Counted from the stretch's first letter, positions 19,340 through 29,918 are shown. The stretch is DNA of 64,000 nt from Promethearchaeia archaeon (GCA_046483985.1 JAWOCD010000021.1:1-64000), one strand, 5' to 3'. Made by a program: numbers and translations. The notes: generated from the letters alone by a model not told the origin.

Positions 19340-20872
19340 TTATTTTTCTTTAATTAATTCTTTAGTTTTTAATTTTTGAATATGATTATTAATTCTTTTT
19401 AGATCTTTTATATTTTCTTCCACTGCTGCTTTCAGTAAGTGTTTCTTTAACTTCCTAATCTTTTTATACTTTTTGTTTTTTCTTTCAGAAATCTGATTGA
19501 TTGTTTGATAAAGGGAATTAATGAGATCGAAATCAAAGTATTCCATATTTTCTTTGGTTTCTTTATATTTTTGGTTAAGATTTTTAATCCATATTCTCTC
19601 TTGATTCCGAAAATCCTCTACAAATTCTTTTTTACCTACAAGAACTTTTTTCAATTCCTCTCCGTATTTTTGGAATAATTTTTTAAAATGTTTTCTAATC
19701 TTCCCAGCTATTTTTTCAATCTTAATATTTGAATTAAAAAAGCATGTAACAGTAAATTCTCCGTAACTGAAGACTTGCATACGTAACCGATTTCCCATTA
19801 AATTCAAACCCGTTAAATCTTTGACATTGATTTCTTTAGAAAACTTTTCTAAAGCGCTTACAAACATGGGTATTAATTCGATATCGAACTTTTCAGCTTC
19901 TTTACTCTTAATCTGTTTTAAGGTATTTTCAAGCAAATTATCCTCAGATTCCAAAATACATATAGTTTTTCCATCTTTATCAGCTATTAATCCACCAGCA
20001 AAAGGAGGTATCTTCTTGTCTTGAGGTAGTATTGAAGAAAGTGTATTGGAATCTATCGTTTTGAAATCTTTTAGTGAAACTTTTTCGAGGATTTCCTGAA
20101 AATGCTTTTCTCCTTTTTCTGTAAGGCTATATTTTTTTTTATTCGCAATTTTTTTACATTTAAGATGCCTTTTCCGTAAGAGCAATTCCGAAATTTCACT
20201 AAATTGGTTTGGCGAAAGATTTTTCATTGTTTCCATCAATTCTTCTTCTGTTGGTTCTTCTTTCAAGGAAACCGAGTCAACGAAAGTCAAGGTATTTTTT
20301 AGAAATGAAAGATCAATTTGTTCTGTTTCTAAATTTTTTCTTTTCAATATGTTTTTTAAGATCTTAATAAAAATTTCGAAAGTGGAAAGAAAGTAATCTT
20401 TCTTAATACTGGTGAAATAAATCTCTAATTTCTCGGCACCCTTCAGCCCTTCTTGTATATACTCCTTTATTTCATGCAATTCATTTGAATTAATCAAATC
20501 GATTTTGTGAATCAATAAATTTATCTTTGCAGAGGGAACAATTTCATCCCTAAGATCTAATATCTTGTGGGCAAAGCTTAATATCTCTTCTTTAGGGGTA
20601 GTGACATCAATTACATTTATTATTTCAGAGGTATTATAGAAAATAGAACGATCTTCGGACTCAAACCAACGTTTATTTTCTTGTCCCGATAAATCAAAAA
20701 TACCTATTTTCTTTTGCAAATTTAATACTTGAGTATCATATCCATGGGTAGGACTAGGGGGAAAATAATTCAATAACTTTTTTGAGCTTTCTCCATTAAA
20801 AAATACTTCTATCAATGTCGTTTTACCGGCGTTTGGTTTTCCAGTAAATAGAATTTTCTCGGATTTTTTCAT
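19340..20872 (-). CDS. Rag-like GTPase - winged helix - longin/roadblock-like fusion (paralog)
   Basis: GKPNAGKT, PTHG, DLSGQ, HKID, TSI. Wing motif YSLTEKGE. GLIADKDGK...LIPMFVSALEKF. Confidence 0.85.
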   Translation of the reverse strand: MKKSEKILFTGKPNAGKTTLIEVFFNGESSKKLLNYFPPSPTHGYDTQVLNLQKKIGIFDLSGQENKRWFESEDRSIFYNTSEIINVIDVTTPKEEILSFAHKILDLRDEIVPSAKINLLIHKIDLINSNELHEIKEYIQEGLKGAEKLEIYFTSIKKDYFLSTFEIFIKILKNILKRKNLETEQIDLSFLKNTLTFVDSVSLKEEPTEEELMETMKNLSPNQFSEISELLLRKRHLKCKKIANKKKYSLTEKGEKHFQEILEKVSLKDFKTIDSNTLSSILPQDKKIPPFAGGLIADKDGKTICILESEDNLLENTLKQIKSKEAEKFDIELIPMFVSALEKFSKEINVKDLTGLNLMGNRLRMQVFSYGEFTVTCFFNSNIKIEKIAGKIRKHFKKLFQKYGEELKKVLVGKKEFVEDFRNQERIWIKNLNQKYKETKENMEYFDFDLINSLYQTINQISERKNKKYKKIRKLKKHLLKAAVEENIKDLKRINNHIQKLKTKELIKEK

Positions 20873-20997
20873 CTTCGGGAATTTATGTATCTAATGATTT
20901 AGAGTTAACTAATATAATAATTTATTAATCTAAATATACTCATTATATTTATATTCTAGTAAAAAGAGTTTAATTTAAATTTAACTGGGTCTACAAA

Positions 20998-21372
20998 ATG
21001 AAGCAAGTATTCGTGGTAGAAGATAATAAAAAGAATATGAAATTGTTCAAGGCTATATTAAACCTTATCGATAATATTGAAGTTCATGAAGCAACTAGAG
21101 GGGATGAAGGCCTTGAGGCGATTGAAAGTACCGAAACTGTGCCCGACTTAATTATTTTAGATATTCAATTGCCTGAAATTAGTGGAATCGAAATCTGTAA
21201 GAAACTTCGTGAACAAGAGGAGTATGAAGATGTTATAATGATTGCTGTAACTTCGTTTGCGATGAAGGGAGATAAGGAGCGGATCATGTCAGCGGGATTC
21301 GATGAATATATTTCAAAACCGATAAAAGTTGCAGATTTTCGTGCCCTTATTGAGTCTTATCTCTCTGACTGA
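20998..21372 (+). CDS. Single-domain response regulator, DivK-like
   Basis: VEDN..NMKLF, DIQLP.ISG and AVTSFAMKGD.ERI..AGFDEYISKP. Confidence 0.92.
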   Translation: MKQVFVVEDNKKNMKLFKAILNLIDNIEVHEATRGDEGLEAIESTETVPDLIILDIQLPEISGIEICKKLREQEEYEDVIMIAVTSFAMKGDKERIMSAGFDEYISKPIKVADFRALIESYLSD

Positions 21373-21509
21373 GATTAATTCCTTTTTTCCTTATTCTTTG
21401 TAATTGATTAGTTTTAAATAGTACTTCTTTTATTAAATATATAAATTTAATATTTTTGCAAGGGATTCCCCCTTCTCCATAAGAAAATTATTCAAGTGTT
21501 TTAGTATCA

Positions 21510-23360
21510 ATGCAAGAAGACTCAAAGATTTCAGACTGGAGGTTTAACTGTCTGCTTGACGTTTCAAGGATTATCGAAAAAAATATTCCATTAAATGGGA
21601 CTTTACAAAAAATAGTGGATCGGATACCTCTCTCGTTTCCTTATCCTGAAAATACTGCTTGTAAACTTATTTATAAACATAAGGATTTTAAATCTAAAAA
21701 TTACAGTAAAACCAATAGAAAGGTTGTTTCTAAGATAAGGGTAGAAAATGAAATTCACGGAAATCTTCAAATTAATCGATTGAATCAAAAATCGCCTTAT
21801 GAACATAATAAAATCCACAAAGAAGAGAAGGATTTAATTGACGCACTTGCTGAGATGATAGGGAGATATTTGGCATATTATTTGGCAAAAGAGAGGTTAA
21901 GCGAATCAGAAAAAAAATTTAGAGTTATTTTCCAAAATGCTGCAATCGGTATTGCCCAACTCTCTATTGAAGGGAAATTTATTAAAGTAAATAAGAGATT
22001 CTGTGATATTTTTGGATATAATAAAGAAGAGCTATTTGAATTAAATTTTCAAGATCTTGCGGATTCCGGCGATCTCGATAAGGGTTCCGATGATGTACAT
22101 GAGTTGCTTAAAGAAAAAGTAGAAAGATTTATTAGGGAAAAGCAATATTCTAATAAGACGGGGAAGACAATATGGATTTCTTTAACGTTTTCACTAATAA
22201 AGGATGAAGATGATCGTCCAAAATATTTTATTTTACTCGTAAAAGATATTACAGAAAGAAAGCATGCCAGAAAAGAATTGAAAAAAAAAGAGAAATTATA
22301 TAGATCGATTGCTGAAAACTTACCCAACGGTGTTGTCCATATTTTGGATGAGAGTTTAAATTATATCCATAACATGGGAGAGGAATTAAATAGATTAGGG
22401 ATTGACAATGAGAAATTAGTGGGGAAGAATATTTATGAAGTTTTAGATGAAGAAACGGCAAAATATGTTGCTTCTAAATATGAAACATGTCTAAATGAAG
22501 ATAAAGTGGTTACTTTTGAACGAAAATTAAAAGATTTGACATTTTTAATCAATGCAATTCCCGTAAAATTGGACCCAAGCAAACCATCTCGAATCCTAGC
22601 TTTATCTGTGAATATTACTGATCGTAAAAGAATGGAAAGCAAACTGAGACTGTTGAATAAGGAATTAAGAAGGTCAAATGAGGATTTAGAACAATTTGCC
22701 TATGTCGCCTCCCACGATCTTCAAGAGCCTTTAAGGATGGTCTCAAGTTTTACTCAATTGCTCAAAAAACGATATCAAGATAAATTAGATGAAGATGCAA
22801 ATGATTTTATAAACTATGCGGTTGATGGGGCAAAACGCATGAAAAAATTGATTAACGACCTATTAATCTTCTCGAGAGTGGGTACACGAGGAAAACCATT
22901 TAAATTAACTGATATGAATAAAGTTATAGAAGATATAAAACTAGATTTAAGACAATTAATAGAAGAAACTAATGCAAATATCTTAAGCAAACGATTGCCT
23001 ACAATAAAAGCAGATAAGGGACAAATGAGGCAAGTATTCCAGAACCTTATTTCAAATGCAATTAAATTTCGTAAAGAAAAAGAGGATCCCGTAATAAGGA
23101 TATCTTCTAAAGAAACAGAAAGCCATTGGATATTCTCTGTTGAAGATAACGGAATTGGAATAGACGAAAAGTTTTTCGATAAGATTTTTATAATTTTCCA
23201 AAGATTACAAAAGAAGTCTGATTATGGAGGCACAGGGATTGGATTAGCTGTATGCAAAAAAATTGTAAGAAGACATGGCGGGAAAATCTGGGTGGAGTCA
23301 GAAAAAGGAGAAGGATCAACATTCTCTTTTACAGTTAGTAAAAATATTAAACAAAAATAA
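21510..23360 (+). CDS. Soluble PAS histidine kinase, Cph1/phytochrome-type transmitter
   Basis: RSNEDLEQFAYVASHDLQEPLRMV, NLISNAIKF, DNGIGI, IFQRL and GTGIGL. Two PAS domains and no chromophore-binding module. Confidence 0.95.
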   Translation: MQEDSKISDWRFNCLLDVSRIIEKNIPLNGTLQKIVDRIPLSFPYPENTACKLIYKHKDFKSKNYSKTNRKVVSKIRVENEIHGNLQINRLNQKSPYEHNKIHKEEKDLIDALAEMIGRYLAYYLAKERLSESEKKFRVIFQNAAIGIAQLSIEGKFIKVNKRFCDIFGYNKEELFELNFQDLADSGDLDKGSDDVHELLKEKVERFIREKQYSNKTGKTIWISLTFSLIKDEDDRPKYFILLVKDITERKHARKELKKKEKLYRSIAENLPNGVVHILDESLNYIHNMGEELNRLGIDNEKLVGKNIYEVLDEETAKYVASKYETCLNEDKVVTFERKLKDLTFLINAIPVKLDPSKPSRILALSVNITDRKRMESKLRLLNKELRRSNEDLEQFAYVASHDLQEPLRMVSSFTQLLKKRYQDKLDEDANDFINYAVDGAKRMKKLINDLLIFSRVGTRGKPFKLTDMNKVIEDIKLDLRQLIEETNANILSKRLPTIKADKGQMRQVFQNLISNAIKFRKEKEDPVIRISSKETESHWIFSVEDNGIGIDEKFFDKIFIIFQRLQKKSDYGGTGIGLAVCKKIVRRHGGKIWVESEKGEGSTFSFTVSKNIKQK

Positions 23361-23421
23361 AGCAAAATAGAATTCTTTAAAAAATTTGAAAAAATAATAT
23401 ATTTTAAGGCGAAAATTAAAA

Positions 23422-23874
23422 ATGTTAGGAACCGAAAAAGGAAAACCCGTTGAAATCTTATTAGTCGAAGATAATCCAGGGGATGTGAGATTAACAAAGG
23501 AAGCATTGAAAGAAAGTAAAATCATTAACAATCTTCATGTGGTAGAGAATGGAATAGAAGCAATGAGTTTCCTTAAACAAGAAGGCGATTATAAGGATAT
23601 GCCAGAACCCGATCTTATCTTATTGGATTTAAATTTACCAAAAAAAGACGGAAGAGAGGTCCTTGCTGATATTAAGGAAGATGAGAGACTCAAAAGAATT
23701 CCAGTAGTTATATTGACCACCTCAAGTGCAGATGAAGATATCCTACATACATACAATTTGCATGCTAATTGTTTTATAACTAAACCGGTAGATATGAACC
23801 AATTCACAAAAGTTGTGAAAAATATTGGAGACTTTTGGTTCAGCATTGTAAAATTACCTAAGAGAGAGGATTAA
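23422..23874 (+). CDS. Single-domain response regulator, Rcp1-like
   Basis: ILLVEDNPGD, DLNLPKKDGREVL, IPVVILTTS, ANCFITKP and DFWF.IVKLP. Confidence 0.93.
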   Translation: MLGTEKGKPVEILLVEDNPGDVRLTKEALKESKIINNLHVVENGIEAMSFLKQEGDYKDMPEPDLILLDLNLPKKDGREVLADIKEDERLKRIPVVILTTSSADEDILHTYNLHANCFITKPVDMNQFTKVVKNIGDFWFSIVKLPKRED

Positions 23875-23907
23875 TGAAAAACCAATATTTCTTGTGGGTC
23901 GAAAAGT

Positions 23908-26502
23908 TTGAATAAGAAGGTAGCAGATTCAGAAATAGACATAATTTTAGTCGAAGACAATCCCGGAGATATCCGATTAGTTGAAGAGTTATTGAAACAA
24001 GCAAGAGATTTTAAATTTAGTTTTAGTTCTATTCAAACACTCGACAAGGGGCTTCAAAAAATTAAGAACTTTAATTTTGATATTATCCTTTTGGACTTAA
24101 GTTTGCCTGATAGCCGAGGTGTGACGACAATAAGAAAAACCCAAGAACACGCAAATAACACCCCGATTATTGTTTTAACTGGTTTAGCAGATGAGGAACT
24201 CGCGCGGCAAGCTATTCAATTTGGAGCTCAAGACTATTTGGTAAAAGGACAAATTAGGAGTAATCGACTTGTAAGGTCGATTTATCATGCTATTGATCGG
24301 AAAAGGATGCTGAAAAAGATCCACGATCTTGCAAGTTTTCCTTCCGACAATCCTTCTCCGGTTTTACGGGTCAATAAACATAAAATTTTATATGCTAATC
24401 CAGCTGCAAAATCACTCTTTGATATCAAAGATATCAAAAAAGGGGATAATATTCCAAATGTATTAAAAGGGTATATTAAAGAGGCATTCAATAATAACGA
24501 TATTGTCAATTGTGAAATCGAGAGAAAACAAAAAGATTTTTCTTTTATCCTTAAACCCATCAAGGAACTTGATTATATTAATATTTATGGAATGGAGATA
24601 ACGGAATTAAAAAAAGCAGAAAAAGCAAGAAGAGAAACACAAAAGCAATATAGTGAATTGTTCAATCATATAAATGATGCAGTATTTATCCATGATTTGG
24701 AGGGAAATATACTCGACTTCAATAAAAAGGCTATGGATACCCTTGGATATTCCCGAAAAGAACTAATACAATTAACTGTTATGGATTTTGATGCTCCCGA
24801 ATTTGCCAAAAATGTTCCAAGAAAAATCCAGGAAATAAAACACAAGGGCCAATCAATAGTTGAGACAGCTCATCAAACTAAAGAAGGAAAGATTATCCCA
24901 ATAGAATTGAACTCGAAGATTATTAATTATGAAGGAAAAGACGCAATCCTCAGTGTAGCCAGGGATATAACTGAAAGAAAAGATTATGAAAAAAAGATAG
25001 AGAAATCAGAAAAACGCTATAGGGATCTGTTCGATAATTCTCCCTACCCTATTATTATCGCTGATTTAGAGGGAAAAATTCTCAACTTTAGCGTCCCCCT
25101 CCTAAGAAAAAGCGGATACACGAGAAAAGATATGATTAATAAATCATTTAATGAAATAGAATTTATTCCTAAGGAATATTCAAAATATTTTAACAGAATT
25201 TTTCAAAAACTTCAAGAAGAATCAAAAGTTAAACCCTTAGAAGTGAAATGTCTCCCAAAGAAAAAAGATTCGTTGTGGCTGAGACTCAATTTCTCGTTAA
25301 TTGATATAGAAAACGAGAAAATGGTCTACATATTAGGGCAGGATATTACTGAACTAAAGAGATCCAAACGAAAATTGTATAAAACGGAGAGATCGCTGCA
25401 AGAATTAAATACATTAATAGAAGATGCCCCATTAGCAATAGTTCTATTGACTCCAGAAGGAAAAATTCTAAGAATGAATAGAGAAGCAATCGATTTATTC
25501 GAGTGTTCCCATAAAAGGGAATATGAACACAATATATTTCATTTTTTCCCGGAAAGTGAATTAGATAAAATAATTTCACATTATAAAGAAAATATATATC
25601 ATCCAAATAGAAATAAGAAATTCGAAACATATATAAAAACCCTTAAAGGCAAAAAAACAGAAGTGGAAATAACATCCACAATTTTTAAAATTTCAGATCG
25701 TATTGTTATCCAATCATTTATATCAGATATAAGCGAAAGGAAAGAACATGAAAAAAACAGGCAAAAATTATTGGACCAATTATTAACTTCACTAGAAGTT
25801 AAATCAAGATTTTTTGCAACAATATCCCATGAATTGAGAACTCCATTAAATGCAATCATTGGTTTTTCCGACATCTTATTAGAAGAATCTTATGGAGAAT
25901 TAAATGAGGATCAGAAGGAGTTTTTAGAAGATGTGTTTTCAGCTTCCAATCACTTGGAAGAATTGATAGGATCGGTCTTGGATTTTTCAAAAAGTGAAGC
26001 AGGAAAATTGAAATTAAATAATAAAAAATTCAATATTTGGGAAACAATAAAGGAAGTAAAAACCCTAGTAAAGCCAGCCTACGAAAAAAAGGGACTTGAA
26101 TTCATAGTGCAAGGTATGAAAAAAGAAGATACTATTGTTGCAGATCCACTCAGATTCAAGCAAATCCTTGATAATTTGTTAACTAATGCGATAAAATTTA
26201 CAGAGCAAGGATATGTCAAAATTAAAGCAATACAACATTCAGATCATTGGGAGTTTCGGATAAAGGATACGGGAGTAGGGATTAAAAAAGAAAACTATGA
26301 TGTGGTTTTTCGGGAATTTGGAAGGGTCGAAGATGAGATTATTAAAGAGATTTCGGGGTCTGGGATAGGTTTAGCTCTCACAAAGCGATTGGTTCAATTA
26401 CATGGAGGAGAAATTTGGTTTGAAAGTGAATATGGAAAAGGGACTACATTTATCTTTACAATCCCAAAAAGAGAGGGAAAATTTCCGAAACAAAAGAATT
26501 AA
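23908..26502 (+). CDS. Hybrid kinase REC-(PAS)x4-HisKA-HATPase
   Basis: N-terminal receiver (VEDNPGD, DLSLPDS, GAQDYLVK), PAS repeats, SHELRTPLN, NLLTNAIKF, DTGVG and GSGIGL. Confidence 0.95.
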   Translation: MNKKVADSEIDIILVEDNPGDIRLVEELLKQARDFKFSFSSIQTLDKGLQKIKNFNFDIILLDLSLPDSRGVTTIRKTQEHANNTPIIVLTGLADEELARQAIQFGAQDYLVKGQIRSNRLVRSIYHAIDRKRMLKKIHDLASFPSDNPSPVLRVNKHKILYANPAAKSLFDIKDIKKGDNIPNVLKGYIKEAFNNNDIVNCEIERKQKDFSFILKPIKELDYINIYGMEITELKKAEKARRETQKQYSELFNHINDAVFIHDLEGNILDFNKKAMDTLGYSRKELIQLTVMDFDAPEFAKNVPRKIQEIKHKGQSIVETAHQTKEGKIIPIELNSKIINYEGKDAILSVARDITERKDYEKKIEKSEKRYRDLFDNSPYPIIIADLEGKILNFSVPLLRKSGYTRKDMINKSFNEIEFIPKEYSKYFNRIFQKLQEESKVKPLEVKCLPKKKDSLWLRLNFSLIDIENEKMVYILGQDITELKRSKRKLYKTERSLQELNTLIEDAPLAIVLLTPEGKILRMNREAIDLFECSHKREYEHNIFHFFPESELDKIISHYKENIYHPNRNKKFETYIKTLKGKKTEVEITSTIFKISDRIVIQSFISDISERKEHEKNRQKLLDQLLTSLEVKSRFFATISHELRTPLNAIIGFSDILLEESYGELNEDQKEFLEDVFSASNHLEELIGSVLDFSKSEAGKLKLNNKKFNIWETIKEVKTLVKPAYEKKGLEFIVQGMKKEDTIVADPLRFKQILDNLLTNAIKFTEQGYVKIKAIQHSDHWEFRIKDTGVGIKKENYDVVFREFGRVEDEIIKEISGSGIGLALTKRLVQLHGGEIWFESEYGKGTTFIFTIPKREGKFPKQKN

Positions 26503-26555
26503 ATTGAAGATAATCTTTATAAGATAGTGCATTTAAAGGAATCCTGCTTATTTAA

Positions 26556-28982
26556 TTGAATAAAACTAAGAGAATGGCATATAATAACTTACTAAAATAT
26601 TCATCGGATATTGTATTTATCTTTGACTTACAAGGGAATTTTATTTCAGTAAATAATAATTTTCTTAAAAAGCTAAAGTACAGAAATAAAAAAAAAATTT
26701 CTGAGCTTAAAATATCCGATATCATTCATTTCTCAGAAAAAGAGTATAATGCCCCAGAATTAGTTGAAATCTTCAAGAAATCATACAAAAATAAAACCTC
26801 AGAGGATTTTCAATTAATTGGGAGAAAAAATGAGGAAATACCAGTGCGGGGGGATTCAATACCCTTTAAAAAAGAAGGAAAGGTTATTGGGATTTTAATT
26901 AGTGCTCGACATACTGCACAGAAAAAGAAACTTGAACATGAATTAAAGTTGAAAGAAACAGAAATCAAACAAATTTATCAAAAGAATCCAGAGATTAGAT
27001 TCTGGGATTTATTTCAGACAAAAGATAGTCAAGAATTATTTAGACAAAGCGAAAGACTGTATAAGAATTTATTTGACAACGCTCCGATTGGAATTTGCAC
27101 CATTGATAAAGAAGGCAAGATTTTACAAATTAACAAACGGGCGATGGAAGTCTTTCGTTCCGACGATTTTAGAATATTAACTAAGGATCTTAGTATTTTT
27201 AATTCTGATTTCTTTAATAACTCTGATTTTACTAAAACTTTAAAAAATGCTATAAAGACTGAAGAGACTACAAGTAAGACCATTAAGTTCTCACCAGATA
27301 AAGAATTCGAAAAATATCTTCATATTCGTATTGTTCCTCAATTTGACCAAAATAAGAATTTTATAAATCTTTTATGCATTATAGAGGATAGAACGAAATT
27401 AATTGAAGCTCAGCAGAGGTTAAAAGAATCTAAAGAGAGATATGAAGATATCTTTGATCAAATGGAACATATCATATATATTTCAGATCCCTCTACCTAT
27501 GAACTGTTATATGTTAATGACATAACTAAGCAAGCCTTCCCGGGGAAGATTATTGGAAGAAAATGTTACAAGGTATTTCAAGACCGGGACGAACCATGTC
27601 CCTTCTGTACAAATGATAAATTATTTGGAAAAAATCCAGAATCCCCCCATATTTGGGATTTTTATAATGAAAAGCTCGGAAAATGGTTTCATATAATCGA
27701 TCAATCAATTGATTGGGGAGGGAAAAAAGTTCGGCTAGAATTTGCAGAAGATATTACAAAAAAAAAAGAAACGGAGCAACAACTTAGAGGAGCAGAAAAA
27801 AAATATCAGGGAATTTTAGAAAATATTAAAGAAGGTTATTTTGAAGTAAATCTAAAAGGAGAATTTACACTCTGCAATAAGGCCTTTTGTAATATTCTAA
27901 AGGACTCAGCTGAAAGTATTTTGGAGAAATCCTACAAATCATTTATCGCTGAAGACTATAAGAAATATGTTTATGAAACGTTCTACGACGTTTATCAAAC
28001 GGGAATAATCAAACGGGCTTTTCAATTTCGAATAGTAAGAGGGGACGGACAGAAAAGATATGTTGAATCATCTATATATCTACGTCGTGGGAGGGATCAA
28101 AAAATAAAGGGATTTTCTGGGTTACTAAAAGATATAACTAAGAGGAAAGAGGGAGAAGCTCTGAGAAAAGAATTTAGGCAAGAGTTGGAAGAAGAAGTTA
28201 AAATACGGACTAACCAATTAAATGAGGCCTTAAAAAAACAACAGGCATATCTTGAAGAAATCTTAAAAGCGTCCGAATTTAAATCAAAATTTTTAGCAAC
28301 AATCTCCCATGAACTCCGAACTCCCTTAAACGCTATTATCGGCTTTGCAGACCTATTATTGGAAGGGTCATATGGAGGAAACCTCTCAGAAACCCAAGAG
28401 GGATTTATAGATGATATTAAATATTCCGGTAATCAGTTATTGAACTTGATTAATCAAATTCTAGAAATCTCCAAAATTGAAGAAGGTGGGATTAAATTAA
28501 ATAAAAAGGAGTTTTCTTTAAATAAAATTGTTACTCAGGTGGTTTCTTCATTTCGAAGTCTGATGGATAAAAAAGAATTAAAGATAGAAATAGAGAATTT
28601 ACAAGACAATATGAAAATAATTGCAGATCCTCTCCGAATAAAAGAAATCTTGAATAACCTCATCTCTAATGCCATCAAATTTACTGAAGAGGGGGTTATC
28701 ACTTTAAAACTCGTTGAGAGAAAAACGGAGTGGGAATTTCAGATTTCCGATACAGGAATTGGTATCGCCCAAGAAGACCATGAAATGGTTTTTAGTGAAT
28801 TTAATCAAGCAGGAGATCCAGATATATCCCCTAAAAAAGGGACGGGATTAGGATTATCAATTACAAAACGTTTGGTTGAACTACATCAGGGAAATATATG
28901 GGTTGAAAGTAAGCTTGGAGAGGGGACAACTATTTATTTTACAATTCCAAAAAGTAGTGCCTCAAGGAAACCTAGATCTTAA
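26556..28982 (+). CDS. Soluble (PAS)x4 histidine kinase
   Basis: SHELRTPLN, NLISNAIKF, DTGIG and GTGLGL. One PAS carries KCY...PCPFC. Confidence 0.95.
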   Translation: MNKTKRMAYNNLLKYSSDIVFIFDLQGNFISVNNNFLKKLKYRNKKKISELKISDIIHFSEKEYNAPELVEIFKKSYKNKTSEDFQLIGRKNEEIPVRGDSIPFKKEGKVIGILISARHTAQKKKLEHELKLKETEIKQIYQKNPEIRFWDLFQTKDSQELFRQSERLYKNLFDNAPIGICTIDKEGKILQINKRAMEVFRSDDFRILTKDLSIFNSDFFNNSDFTKTLKNAIKTEETTSKTIKFSPDKEFEKYLHIRIVPQFDQNKNFINLLCIIEDRTKLIEAQQRLKESKERYEDIFDQMEHIIYISDPSTYELLYVNDITKQAFPGKIIGRKCYKVFQDRDEPCPFCTNDKLFGKNPESPHIWDFYNEKLGKWFHIIDQSIDWGGKKVRLEFAEDITKKKETEQQLRGAEKKYQGILENIKEGYFEVNLKGEFTLCNKAFCNILKDSAESILEKSYKSFIAEDYKKYVYETFYDVYQTGIIKRAFQFRIVRGDGQKRYVESSIYLRRGRDQKIKGFSGLLKDITKRKEGEALRKEFRQELEEEVKIRTNQLNEALKKQQAYLEEILKASEFKSKFLATISHELRTPLNAIIGFADLLLEGSYGGNLSETQEGFIDDIKYSGNQLLNLINQILEISKIEEGGIKLNKKEFSLNKIVTQVVSSFRSLMDKKELKIEIENLQDNMKIIADPLRIKEILNNLISNAIKFTEEGVITLKLVERKTEWEFQISDTGIGIAQEDHEMVFSEFNQAGDPDISPKKGTGLGLSITKRLVELHQGNIWVESKLGEGTTIYFTIPKSSASRKPRS

Positions 28983-29353
28983 CAAACTAAACCCTTATCA
29001 GTTAATTTATCTATTAGGCCTTCATTATCCTCTGAAAAGCGTGAAGAAGACTCTTTCTCCCGGATTTCATAATAAATAGAAAAATTTTCCTCTGCCCTGA
29101 AAAAATCAATGGTCCAAATTAGCGTTTGAAATTTTTTAGAGGTAATAATTGAGGGTTTATGGGAAAAATTTTCTAAACACATAAAATTGGGGACTTGATC
29201 AAAAATATTAATATCAAAAAGGGAAGAGTCCGAGATATTTATAATTCTCAACTTGATAATTAATGTTTGAGCATTAGATACCTCAACTATTGTCTTTTTC
29301 CCCTTAATTTTTTTCCTAGATTGTATTCCAATCTTTAGATGAGATGTTTTCAT
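28979..29353 (-). CDS. Small DUF11/Ig-like beta-sandwich protein (start revised to 29353)
   Basis: IKLRIIN....L.DINIFDQVP..LIWTI.......I.YEI pattern. A strong SD (AAGGAGGTT) lies just upstream of the ATG at 29353. Confidence 0.55.
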   Translation of the reverse strand: MKTSHLKIGIQSRKKIKGKKTIVEVSNAQTLIIKLRIINISDSSLFDINIFDQVPNFMCLENFSHKPSIITSKKFQTLIWTIDFFRAEENFSIYYEIREKESSSRFSEDNEGLIDKLTDKGLVC

Positions 29354-29377
29354 TTTATTAAACCTCCTTTTTTTATA

Positions 29378-29399
29378 CATATCGTTATATGCCGATATG
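29378..29399. promoter_or_regulatory. Candidate ArsR operator CATATCG-N8-CGATATG
   Basis: Perfect 7-bp inverted repeat beside an AT-rich TATA-like tract, in the divergent region upstream of the ArsR gene. Confidence 0.45.
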
Positions 29400-29506
29400 C
29401 CTATATAATATTATAGTTGTAAAAGTATTTAAATCTATTCATTTTATCATAATTAGGGATCATGGGAAATAAACAATTTTTTCATAAAAGAAAAATAAAA
29501 AAATAA

Positions 29507-29890
29507 GTGATTTCTTACGTGCAAAATTTGAAATCAGATATGATTAATATCTTCAAAATGCTGGCAGATTCTACAAGACTCGACATCATCTATTTAGTGA
29601 AAAATAATAAGGAGTTATCTTCAGGAGAAATTGAAGATTCTTTAGATAAGAGTCAATCTACAATTTCCCAACATTTGAATAAACTTTGTAACGAGGGTTT
29701 GCTTGAATTCCGTATGGGAAAACGAAAGGATATTGACTCACGGCCAGTCAAGTTATATTCAATAAATGATAAGGAACTATTTACAATTCTTTCAAATTTT
29801 AAAAATCTCATTACCAAAATAAAAACAAATCGAGTAGAAGAAAATTTAGAAGTATTGACCGATTCAGATATATCAGATATTTTAGAATAA
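29507..29890 (+). CDS. ArsR/SmtB family transcriptional regulator
   Basis: FKMLADSTRLDII and SQSTISQHLNKL..EGLL. Confidence 0.9.
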   Translation: MISYVQNLKSDMINIFKMLADSTRLDIIYLVKNNKELSSGEIEDSLDKSQSTISQHLNKLCNEGLLEFRMGKRKDIDSRPVKLYSINDKELFTILSNFKNLITKIKTNRVEENLEVLTDSDISDILE

Positions 29891-29918
29891 GCATCGGATC
29901 AAAGCCGGAGCTGATAAT

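Noticed and set aside
21510-23360. Phytochrome photoreceptor
   Set aside because: Only the transmitter is Cph1-like. There is no PAS-GAF-PHY module or DIP motif.
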